Positions 54,583 through 63,977 of a stretch of 64,000 nt of DNA are shown here, piece after piece. The stretch lies in the IMG/VR virus record IMGVR_UViG_3300035698_022433. One strand, written 5' to 3'. Source of the stretch: an uncultured virus (IMG/VR IMGVR_UViG_3300035698_022433) (taxonomy: Duplodnaviria > Heunggongvirae > Uroviricota > Caudoviricetes). The notes beneath the pieces were generated by a model that was not told the origin of the DNA, searched no databases, and saw only the letters and a list, made by a program, of their open reading frames with translations. The position numbers and the translations under genes are program-made. Position 1 is the first letter of the stretch; the number at the start of each line of letters is the position of its first letter.

Positions 54583-54760
54583 CTCACACCCTTCGGGGTT
54601 TGGGAATAGGTTGTCATGAAGTAGAAGAGTGTAAAGGATTGTAACCTGTGATGCTTCAAAGCTTACAGATTTTCAACCATCAAAGATTACACTGTTGAGC
54701 GTGTCTCTCAGTTTAAGGCTTATCAGTTCATGTGAACTCTCCGTATTCTGGCAACCTATT
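54583..54760 (+). ncRNA. Structured RNA downstream of the DIP1984-like gene, with 8-nt periodic interior
   Basis: C(UUCG)G hairpin, then 12-bp stem aataggttgtca/tggcaacctatt enclosing 13 phased octamers. Confidence 0.65.
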
Positions 54761-54772
54761 TATTATTCTTTT

Positions 54773-54805
54773 AAAGTATTAAATTATTAGAAACATTTAA
54801 ATACT
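54773..54805 (+). promoter_or_regulatory. Conserved BRE/TATA promoter
   Basis: aaagtattaaattattagaaacatttaaatact. Confidence 0.65.
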
Positions 54806-56877
54806 AAATATTCATATAATATACTAAGGTTCCAATGGTAGAACCAAATGAAGGAAAATAAAATGACAGTACTCGGAAGCGGCGACAAACATTATTTGCC
54901 AAAGGTAATAGAAGACAACGATAAATATTATGATGTATTAGATAAACTTGTAGATGACCTCCTTACAAAAAAAATCCATAATTTATCTATTGGTTTTGAT
55001 TATCAGTACATTGTTTTTAAAGGCAACATCAAAGTAAAGAAACAAAAGATACATGACAGAGATTATCTTTCCATTTCAAATGATGGTGTAAATTTTGATA
55101 TGAACTACAATCAGTTTACAGAAATAATAATACGGAGAACTGGAATCGTTGAGATAGAAACACATGGCGGCGGAATTGTTTTTGATTTTGGAAAGGTGAA
55201 AAAATGAAACAAGAAGATGTATTTAGAATACAAATGGAATTGGCGTTACTAAAAGAAGGTTTCTATGACGATTACATATATGAATATATAGACGTTAAAC
55301 AAAATCATGACAAGTTAGAGAAAGATTTTGAAAGTAATTTATATGAAAGAATTAGTGAAAACAACAGGAGAAGAACTAAATATAAAATAACGATTGAGAT
55401 ACTACGAATTTGGTGGTATATGCAAAAGAGACCAGAATTGTTTGACGAAAAATTAAAATCAAAATTTAATTAATGTGAAAAAATGAAATATAAAATAAAA
55501 ACTTTTATAGAGCAAAACGAACGCATTCCTGTTACAAAGGAATTTATTACAAAAAACAAGTTGCATATGGCAAGAACATCAGAAGCTATCTTGCATAAAA
55601 TAAAAGAACACGATGATGAAATATTCGATTTTTGGGGTAGTGAGTTAATACATTATTTGCCATATCAATTAGCTAAACCACAACTTACTGATGAAGCACA
55701 AAAGAAGTATTATTCAGGTAAAGGAACTTGGAAACAAATTACTGAAGTTGAAGAAGCCGTACAAGACTTCTTAGACTATATGGTTTTTGCATGGGAAAAG
55801 GCAGAGAACATGAGAGGATTATCTGCATCAAGAAGCATTAACAAATTAAGTTGTTGGATGTGGCTTCTTGGCAGAGAAGATGTTATGGAAGTTTTAACTG
55901 ATGATTCTTTATACAATCCATATGGTACGCCGGCATTAGTTAAAGCATGTGAGATGCTAGGAATTAAGGTATCTGATGCTTTTATTAAATTTTCTGGTAT
56001 AAAGGTATGATGATAGAAAATGAATAATGTTCCAATGTTATTGATAGTATTTTTTTTTATACTACTACCAACCGATTTTATTTTTATTTATTTGTATAAG
56101 AGGAGTGGAAGAACAAATCGTGTTGCATCGTTTTTAATTGGTGGTATTATTGGAGTAATATCAATGGCAATATCAATGTTCATAACAGGTGAAATATAAT
56201 GACTGACGATGCAATAACATGGATAATATTCTTTTTGATAATGATACCAGGCAATTTACTTTTTAATTACTGGTATAGGAAAGATGAAAATTCAAGTAAC
56301 ATTGTTTCTATTGCTGTTGGTTTTGTTATAGGAATAATATCAATGTTTGTGTCTATGTACATAGTTGGAGGATTAAAATGATAAAAGAACTTAAAGAAAA
56401 AATAAAAAAGTTAGAAAGTGAAGTTGAACTTGAACATTCAGAGACATTAATTAAAAGAAAAACACTTCAAGAGTTAAAAATGAAGTTAGCCGAAAACACA
56501 AAGTCTGATTTAATTGGCAAGTGTTTTAAGCAATTAGTTAAACAAACAGATAAAACATATGAAGACGATTATTGGAGTTATATAAAAATTTTAGGCCTTA
56601 GGGATGACCGACAAGTTTACATAGATTCATTTTCTGTAAACACCATCAAATATAAGGAACCAAAAACTCAGTTCGTTTTTGTTGTAAATGAAAACTTATA
56701 CATGCAGTTTTTAGGTAAGTTTGGTTACAAAGAAATAACAGAAGAAGAATACAACCAAGCATTAAAGGAAAATTTGGAGAGGGTTGGAATATGCATGAAT
56801 AAAAGTCCTTGCCAAAAATGTGGATTACCAGAAGACATTTGTGTTTGTGAAGAAATAATGAAAGAAGTTGGAATAAA

Positions 56878-57543
56878 ATGAAATACCCAAAAATCAACAC
56901 CCTCTGGAAAAGAGATATGGAAAACAAAGGAAAGATAATTGAAGGTGAATATTCTTGCCCAGAGTTTAAAAACATAAAACTATGGAGAGTGAGCGAAAAA
57001 ATACATGGAACTAACATAAGAATCATATACAAAAAAGGTTCATTATCAAAAGTGTTATTTGCTGGCAAAACAGATAATGCAATAATAGAACCAGAACTTT
57101 TAGAATATCTTGAAGAAACGTTTACATCAGAAAAAATGGAAAAGGCACTTATGTTTAAAGATGAGCTTCCACAAGAAGCAGTTCTTTATGGTGAAGGCTA
57201 CGGTCCGAAAATCCAGAAGGGTGGCGGAAGATATAGAGATGATGCCTCTGTTATTCTCTTTGATATTAAAGTAGATGAATGGTGGCTTGAAAGAGAAGAT
57301 GTAGAAGATATTGCTAAAAAACTCAAAATTGATTTAGTTCCTGATCTTGGATTAATGACCGAAGAAGAAATAGTTTTTTTAGTCAGAAACACAGGATATC
57401 ACCTTAAAGGTTTCAAGTCTGTAATATCAAAAGACAAAACTCTCGATGCAGAAGGAATTGTTGCAAGAAGTTATCCATTGGTATTATTCAGAGATGGCAA
57501 ACCTTTAATGTTCAAACTGAAACAGGAGGATTTTAAAAAATGA
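56878..57543 (+). CDS. ATP-dependent RNA ligase family (Rnl2-like adenylyltransferase)
   Basis: YPKI, motif I EKIHGTN, LYGE, FDI, EGIV, FKLK. Confidence 0.85.
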   Translation: MKYPKINTLWKRDMENKGKIIEGEYSCPEFKNIKLWRVSEKIHGTNIRIIYKKGSLSKVLFAGKTDNAIIEPELLEYLEETFTSEKMEKALMFKDELPQEAVLYGEGYGPKIQKGGGRYRDDASVILFDIKVDEWWLEREDVEDIAKKLKIDLVPDLGLMTEEEIVFLVRNTGYHLKGFKSVISKDKTLDAEGIVARSYPLVLFRDGKPLMFKLKQEDFKK

Positions 57544-57661
57544 GTGATAACGACGTAGGTTTACTTATTTCATTTGGATATTTAGCATTTTGCTATTCAG
57601 TATTAATATACGGAATAATTAAATATGGATGGAAAAATTCTAAAGTAAAAGGAGTTGAAAA

Positions 57662-58828
57662 ATGAAATCGCCATTCGACATAACAAACCCAAAGGAGGTT
57701 ATTGAGTTTGATGAAGTTGACCCCTACAATCCCCAGAATAGATTAGAAGGATTTGTTAATCGTCGTCAAGGACTTCTTTATGGTTCACTTTGGATAACAA
57801 AAGTAAATGGTAAGAAATGTCCACAGGTAATCTATTCAGCTCCAAAGCAACATTATCCATTTGATAAAGATAATGTTAAATGGGAATTCCCGGAATGTGA
57901 TTATGTTGATTTATATGAAAAATTAGATGGAACTTGTATTATATCTTATGTATATAAAGATAAAAAAGGAGATGTATTTCTTACATATAAAACAAGACTT
58001 AGACCATTTCTTGGTTCTGGTAGATTTGGAAACTTCCTTGAACTTTGGAATGAGATATTAGAAAAATATCCACAGATAACAAATTATACTTTTGATGAAT
58101 TTCATAATTGTATATTTGAGTTGTATGGTAAAAGAAATAAAGTGTTAATAAGTTATGAAATACCTTTAGATACAAAATTAATATTTACAATCAATGCATC
58201 CAATGGACAGATATATCCTCCACTTGAATCAGCAGAGCATGATACTGATACAATTCCTGTATTGGAAAATAAAGGTATATTAACAGATTGGCATAAATAT
58301 ACATTAGAGGGACAAAAAGATTTATACAATAAAATTAAAGAAGACTTAGAAGCAGAACTTGATGTGAATGAAGAAACTAAAATACTAAAAGGCAAAGAAG
58401 GATATGTAATGTATTTTATGAAGAATGGATGTGCCGTTCAAATTAAAAACAAACCACCTTCTGTACTCAAATATCACTGGGCTGGAAATGCCATAGCGTA
58501 TGAGTCTCTCTTTACTACTTGTATAAATGCATTCGAGAACTTTGATGACCCGCAATACAACGACATAGTACAACTACTAAACGAAGAATTTGAACTTGAT
58601 TTTATAGAAAAGTCACGAACAAGAATCAACAAAGTTTTAGACAAAGTACGGTTCAACAAGAAACTACAATACGAAGTCGTCAAGCACTACAACAAACTTG
58701 GAGTAGACATCAATGAAGATAAGAGAACTGTAATGCGATACTTTGCCAAACTATATCCAAAAGATCAAGCACAAAGAATTTTTACTCTACTCAATTCATA
58801 TGTAGAAGATAATAAGGTGAAAAAATGA
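57662..58828 (+). CDS. RNA ligase-like nucleotidyltransferase (Rnl1-like)
   Basis: Motif I EKLDGT, KTR, FELYG..N, EGYV, IK.K, helical C-terminal domain. Confidence 0.72.
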   Translation: MKSPFDITNPKEVIEFDEVDPYNPQNRLEGFVNRRQGLLYGSLWITKVNGKKCPQVIYSAPKQHYPFDKDNVKWEFPECDYVDLYEKLDGTCIISYVYKDKKGDVFLTYKTRLRPFLGSGRFGNFLELWNEILEKYPQITNYTFDEFHNCIFELYGKRNKVLISYEIPLDTKLIFTINASNGQIYPPLESAEHDTDTIPVLENKGILTDWHKYTLEGQKDLYNKIKEDLEAELDVNEETKILKGKEGYVMYFMKNGCAVQIKNKPPSVLKYHWAGNAIAYESLFTTCINAFENFDDPQYNDIVQLLNEEFELDFIEKSRTRINKVLDKVRFNKKLQYEVVKHYNKLGVDINEDKRTVMRYFAKLYPKDQAQRIFTLLNSYVEDNKVKK

Positions 58829-59690
58829 ATGATAAACAAAAGAAAATAGTTCTAGATGTATTAAATGATGTTTCTGAGAAAGTAAAAATAGATAATATAT
58901 TCAAAGCTATTTTTATAGTGGAACATATACAAACCGACGAACATAAAGAAAAGGGGATAAGTCCAAGATGAAAAAAGAAGAAAGAAAAGAATGGGAACGC
59001 AACATTGAGAAAGCATTAGAACTATTTTGTGGTGCAAAGGTTATAAGCATTATTCTTTATACAGAAGAAGAGTTGTCTCAAATGACACTTAGAACTAAAG
59101 ATGGTAAGAAAATAGAAATAACTGCCCCTCTTGATTTGGGCATTCCGTTTTGTGTAGTTGGTGATGAATAAAATGCCAATTACTAGAGAAGAGTTTGACA
59201 AAATATCAAAAGAAAAAGCAATATTGTCACCAATGATTCAATTTCTCTATGAACATCCAAATGTTGCATACTCTTTGAATGAATTAATAAATCTGGATAT
59301 GGATGTAGATTTCAATAAATTGAGTTTGTTAATTAAATTGAAATATATAGAGTCGGCAAGAGTTAGAAGTGGTGTATATATAATGCTGAGTGAACTAGGT
59401 AGAAAAAACGTAAAGGTGAAAAAATGACAGAAAAAATAACACGGACTGTATATTACCCTAGGAAAAGACCTGTTCTCACTTGTAAGAAATGTGGAGAAGA
59501 GCTAAAACTAAATTATGCCAGTGACATAATAAGTCTTATAGAAGATGGTAGATTAGAGTGTATGCCAACTATGAAAAATAGTTTTGGTTATATGGTACTA
59601 GGATTGATACACAAGAAAAATAATTGTGGTGGAGTTATGACACTTTCTAAAACAATCAAGATAAAGATGAAATTTGAAGGAGATGTATAG

Positions 59691-60560
59691 ATGAAACAAA
59701 AAATATACTGTTACTTCCACAACGACGACATGGATGGTTGGGCTTCCTCCGCAGTAGTAAAAAAGAAGCATCCAAACGCTGAATTCTACGGTTACAACTA
59801 TGAACCAGATTTACCACTAGTTAAAGGATATGATATTGTCTACATGGTTGACTGTTCATCTTCTGTTAAAGATATGATGTACTTAATGAAAAACAACAAG
59901 AAGTTTATTTGGATTGACCATCACGCTAAAAAAATCAAAGATGTATATGAACAAATGGGTATAGGAATAGAAGGACTCAGAGATACTGGAAGTAAACATT
60001 CAGCTTGTGTTCTTACTTGGCAATATCTGTTTCCAGATGTTACAAACAAATCAGATGGTATTCCAGCATTATTAATGTATGTAGAAGATATGGATATTTG
60101 GAAGTGGGAATTTAAAGACACCGACGGAATCAATATGTCACTTTCCATAGATGCAATGGGTGATAGAGATAAGATAATTAAAATAATAGAAGATTGGGGT
60201 ATACAAGGAAATTGTTTGATTCATGCTGGTAATATATACATCAAAATGAGAAAAAAACAAATCGATTATCTCTTAACAACAATACGGATTAAGAGGTTCC
60301 ATGGCCAAAAAACAGGAGTTGTAAACTCTCCTATCCATCAAAGTTTCATTGGTCACGAGATGCTTGAAAAGAATCCTGATATCAAAGTAGCAATGATTTG
60401 GTATGTAACTGGAAATTTAGTAAAGGTAAGTCTCCGCAGCCGCGGCGACGTCGACGTTGCTGAGCTAGCATCAAAATATGGTGGTGGTGGACACAAACCC
60501 GCTAGTGGATTTACACTTAAGATGAATGATAAGTCAGTTCGTGATATATATTTGGAGTGA
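59691..60560 (+). CDS. DHH/DHHA1 phosphoesterase (NrnA/NrnB-like)
   Basis: H.DDMDG, VD, WIDHH, SLRS, GGGGHKPASG. Confidence 0.92.
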   Translation: MKQKIYCYFHNDDMDGWASSAVVKKKHPNAEFYGYNYEPDLPLVKGYDIVYMVDCSSSVKDMMYLMKNNKKFIWIDHHAKKIKDVYEQMGIGIEGLRDTGSKHSACVLTWQYLFPDVTNKSDGIPALLMYVEDMDIWKWEFKDTDGINMSLSIDAMGDRDKIIKIIEDWGIQGNCLIHAGNIYIKMRKKQIDYLLTTIRIKRFHGQKTGVVNSPIHQSFIGHEMLEKNPDIKVAMIWYVTGNLVKVSLRSRGDVDVAELASKYGGGGHKPASGFTLKMNDKSVRDIYLE

Positions 60561-61669
60561 TAATGCTATTAACACTAATAGGACATATTATTTGCAAGCG
60601 AGACGGAAAAAATTTATTCGAAGATGGTGAAACATATCTTATAGTTGCAATTGCTGAAGTTGTTACTTGGGCAATAATAACACCGTGGTGATAAATATGA
60701 TAGAAAAATGTAATTTCAAAAACAAAGTTGATTCAGAAGATGGACATTCTAAACGTTATGAATGTTCTTTGGGTAGGGTATCAGCAGGGTATCTATGTTC
60801 TGGTGTATATAACATAAAATGTGCTGGAGAAGATAACTGTATTCTATTCCAATTATATAAAAACCAAACGCAGAGTATGATAAAATGAAATTTGAAAATG
60901 TATTTAAAATGAAAGCAACACTTAAGAAAGAAACAACTAAAGAGGGTATTGAAAGAGATGAAGAATTGTTCAACCAAATAAAACATGATGAAGAAATATC
61001 AATTACTAAAAATGAAATAATTGGAAAAGATGAAGATGGTAAATGTTATGTTAAAATTATCACTGGTTGGGAAAGGTTTAATCAAATTTAATAGAGGAAA
61101 AATAAAATGTCAATACATGAAGAAAAAAGTGAATTAGCTGGAAAAGATGTAAAACTCAAAAATGGAACAACACTACAAATAGAAGATTGGTGGGATAGAT
61201 TAGTTCAAAAAAGTTGGATGAAAATGAGTGGTAATCCTGCTTGTTTGTGTTATGCTATGGACGTAGCAACTAAAAATCTTCCTCTTGATGATGAAGTGTT
61301 GTATGGCCACACAAAAGATGGATTAGGTCATTTAGTTCATATTACTGAGGTAGAATAAAATGAAAGTTCAATACGTAGAAAACGATATTAATTCTGGAAT
61401 GTATCTTCTTAGAAATGGTAATCCTGATATAACAAATCTATATAAAGTTTGTTGGACAAATAAAAAAGAATATTGTTTGGTGTCAATGACAGATGGATGG
61501 ATTGATGTCTATAAATCAAAAGCTGATTTAGTAAATCAATTAAATGATGATGACAATGGATATATACCAATTGATATGATTACGTTAATTGACATGTTAA
61601 GATGCAAAGTACGAAATGAACTATCTTAATGGTAGAAAAGTTTAAATACTATTTCTTACTTATATTTAT

Positions 61670-61745
61670 TATATGACAGCAAAAAACCTACTCAGTTTAT
61701 CGAGTTTGCGTTCCTTGCGGAACCTTTTCATTTGCTAGTCATATA
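61670..61745 (+). ncRNA. Small structured RNA leading the tRNA cluster
   Basis: tatatgac-agcaaa pairs with tttgct-a-gtcatata, with two inner hairpins. Lies about 25 nt after the TATA box agaaaagtttaaata. Confidence 0.45.
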
Positions 61746-61756
61746 ACTATTTTTAT

Positions 61757-61882
61757 GCCAACGTACCCAAGTTAGGACGACGGGGCCAGACTTAAGTGTT
61801 TATTTTAAGGGTTATACTCAAATCCTATCGGAGATATCTGGTGTGGGTAGCTGCCTCACAGGTTCAAATCCTGTCGTTGGCA
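61757..61882 (+). tRNA. tRNA-Leu(TAA) with 39-nt intron at canonical 37/38 position (61797-61835)
   Basis: Acceptor gccaacg/cgttggc+a, anticodon stem ccaga/tctgg interrupted after cttaag, long variable arm, T-loop ttcaaat. Confidence 0.85.
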
Positions 61883-61942
61883 TAAGTTTTGAACATTGAT
61901 TGTTATATTAATAAAGAAGGTTTGGAAATTGAAAAATGTAAT

Positions 61943-62023
61943 GCCAACGTAGTCAAGTGGTCTAAGACGACGGGTTTAGGACCCGTGCGTAGGCAATCGT
62001 CGGTTCAAATCCGTCCGTTGGCA
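61943..62023 (+). tRNA. tRNA-Leu(TAG)
   Basis: gccaacg/cgttggc acceptor, acggg-tttagga-cccgt anticodon arm, ttcaaat T-loop, no encoded CCA. Confidence 0.88.
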
Positions 62024-62166
62024 CTATGAAAATAAAACAAACCTAAGATGAGCAACGGGAAGTTGCGTGTCTTAGGAAATGTATATGCGTAGACATAGTG
62101 GAAAAAAGTATTATGCAAGAAAGTTCAATCAACAAAGACGAAAATTGGTTAAAGAAATAAACAAAA

Positions 62167-62252
62167 GCAGGAGTGGCAGAGTGGTCTATCGTCACGGGGT
62201 GCTAACCCGATGAATCATTGAGATTGCGTCCGTTCGAATCGGACCTCCTGCG
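62167..62252 (+). tRNA. tRNA-Ser(GCT)
   Basis: gcaggag/ctcctgc+g acceptor, cggg-gtgctaa-cccg anticodon arm, long variable arm, gtccg-ttcgaat-cggac T arm. Confidence 0.85.
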
Positions 62253-62255
62253 TAG

Positions 62256-62930
62256 GTGAATATCATGCGTCAATGGCGAAGATATAAAAGTACATATCGG
62301 ATAAAGCATCCACAGTATTACATTAAAGGAAAACGCAACCTCACTCGTCAAGAGGAACGCACTCTCTTTGGTGGTACAGTTACTGTTACTGAGAAGATGG
62401 ATGGTGCCAACACTGGTCTATTCAAAAAGAACGACAAGATGTTCCTACAAAAACGCGGCAGCCTCGTCGACGATAGTCATCCACAATTTAAGTTCTTCAA
62501 AAATCAATGGTTTTGGGACAACTACGAAAAGCTCGAACAACTCCCCGACAACGCAGTAACGTATGGTGAATTAATGCGCTGCACTCACACAATCCACTAC
62601 GACAAACTCCCGGATTGGTGGTTGGTCTTTGATATCTACGATTTACAAAAACATCAATATCTTCCTTGGCATGAAGTAGCAAGAATCTGTTACGACATTG
62701 GATTGTCAACTGTACCACACATATTCACTGGTAGTTGTATGGACAGACCGACGATATCAGAAATAATGCCAATTGAATCTATATACGGCAACAGGGCAGA
62801 AGGAATAGTAGTAAAGAATTACAAAAAACAAATGAGAGGAAAAGTAGTTCATCCCGAATTTATAAAAGACCCTAGTTTCGATAAACATTGGTCTAGCAGA
62901 ACTGCAACATTTAATAAATTGGAGAGGTGA
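62256..62930 (+). CDS. RNA ligase family protein
   Basis: Motif I TEKMDGAN, YGE, HTIHY..LP, FDIYD, EGIVVK. Confidence 0.85.
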   Translation: MNIMRQWRRYKSTYRIKHPQYYIKGKRNLTRQEERTLFGGTVTVTEKMDGANTGLFKKNDKMFLQKRGSLVDDSHPQFKFFKNQWFWDNYEKLEQLPDNAVTYGELMRCTHTIHYDKLPDWWLVFDIYDLQKHQYLPWHEVARICYDIGLSTVPHIFTGSCMDRPTISEIMPIESIYGNRAEGIVVKNYKKQMRGKVVHPEFIKDPSFDKHWSSRTATFNKLER

Positions 62931-63011
62931 CCGAGCACGGTTTATGGTGGGCGCCTTGAGAGCGTCAGTGTAGTAAAAGCTACACCAGCGGTTCAAATCC
63001 GCTTCTCTCCG
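62921..63011 (+). tRNA. tRNA-Ser(TGA)
   Basis: ggagagg/tctctcc+g acceptor, ggcgc-cttgaga-gcgtc anticodon arm, gtgtag/ctacac variable arm, agcgg-ttcaaat-ccgct T arm. Confidence 0.88.
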
Positions 63012-63012
63012 T

Positions 63013-63324
63013 ATGAAAAACCAAAACAGAGCAAAGTTCAGAGAATCCGTATTCAAACGGGACAATAACAAATGTGTAGTTTGTTCTGAGAAAGCAGTTG
63101 ATGCGCATCATTTAATTGAAAGACGATTATGGAAAGAACCATCTGAACAAGGCGGATACATAGTAGATAATGGAGTATCACTTTGTTCACAACATCATAT
63201 AGATGCAGAAAAAAATATCATATTACCAAAAACACTGAGAGAATATGCTGGTATAAAGAAGATAGTTTTACCATTAGGTTTTGATGAAACAAAGGAATAT
63301 AATAAATGGGGAAAACTTATTTAA
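63013..63324 (+). CDS. HNH endonuclease
   Basis: FRESVFKRDNNKCVVC...DAHH...NGVSLC..HH. Confidence 0.85.
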   Translation: MKNQNRAKFRESVFKRDNNKCVVCSEKAVDAHHLIERRLWKEPSEQGGYIVDNGVSLCSQHHIDAEKNIILPKTLREYAGIKKIVLPLGFDETKEYNKWGKLI

Positions 63325-63495
63325 GCCCTTTACCATTCTTTTTTATGCTTGGGGGCAACTTGGTTTACCATTGACCTGTATGAAAATATGAACCCACATC
63401 TATCCCAATATCAAAGGGATGTTCTATTCAATTAAGCTATACCATACAGGTCTACTGGTAAAAACATTTAAATATACCATTGTCTTTCGCTATTT

Positions 63496-63806
63496 AGATG
63501 CAGAATAGACTGGGGAGTTTGGTGTTCCCTTTGCACAAATCGCCAATAGTGGGTCGAATCCAAAGGGCAGTGTACGACTCCCTTTTGACTTCAACGTTAA
63601 ACAATGATGATTCGTCCCTCGGAATCTAAGTCGTTGGCTATGTTAAATCGGAAGATTTAATAACCTTCATTATTAGATAAATCGGGCGAGGCACGGAAGT
63701 GAGCAGCCTTAATCTAAACTATAGGTGTTCAAGGGTCTGCGGATTTGAGAATAGTGCTGATTATCAATTGGATAGTACGATATTCACCTGCGGAGTTTCT
63801 GCGTCT
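63496..63806 (+). ncRNA. ffs: Archaeal-type signal recognition particle (7S/SRP) RNA
   Basis: 311 nt. Terminal helix agatgcagaa/ttctgcgtct, Alu-like domain closed by gggagt/actccc, helix 6 gttaaatc-GGAA-gatttaat, helix 8 AGG-cac-GGAA-gtg-AGCAG. TATA box about 25 nt upstream. Confidence 0.85.
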
Positions 63807-63851
63807 TTATAGTAAGGAAAACTTTTAATAAACTAAGTCCTATATCTGTTT

Positions 63852-63977
63852 ATGAAAAAACGAACCGAGTGCGAAGTCTATTCCCGAGTTGTTGGTTATC
63901 TTCGTCCTGTTAATCAATGGAACCGCGGGAAACAACAAGAATTTAAGGATAGAAAGGCTTTTAGAATAAAAAAGTAA
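63852..63977 (+). CDS. Stand-alone NrdD C-terminal glycyl-radical peptide (not in ORF track)
   Basis: MKKRTECEVYSRVVGYLRPVNQWNRGKQQEFKDR. RVVGY is the class III RNR glycyl radical motif. Confidence 0.85.
   Translation: MKKRTECEVYSRVVGYLRPVNQWNRGKQQEFKDRKAFRIKK

Noticed and set aside
62921..63011. Possible selenocysteine or opal-suppressor tRNA
   Set aside because: Anticodon TGA reads UCA (Ser). A suppressor or Sec tRNA would have anticodon TCA.
548..63071. Minus-strand and nested alternative-frame ORFs in the track
   Set aside because: They overlap well-supported + strand genes and lack motifs and SD signals, so they are treated as shadow ORFs.
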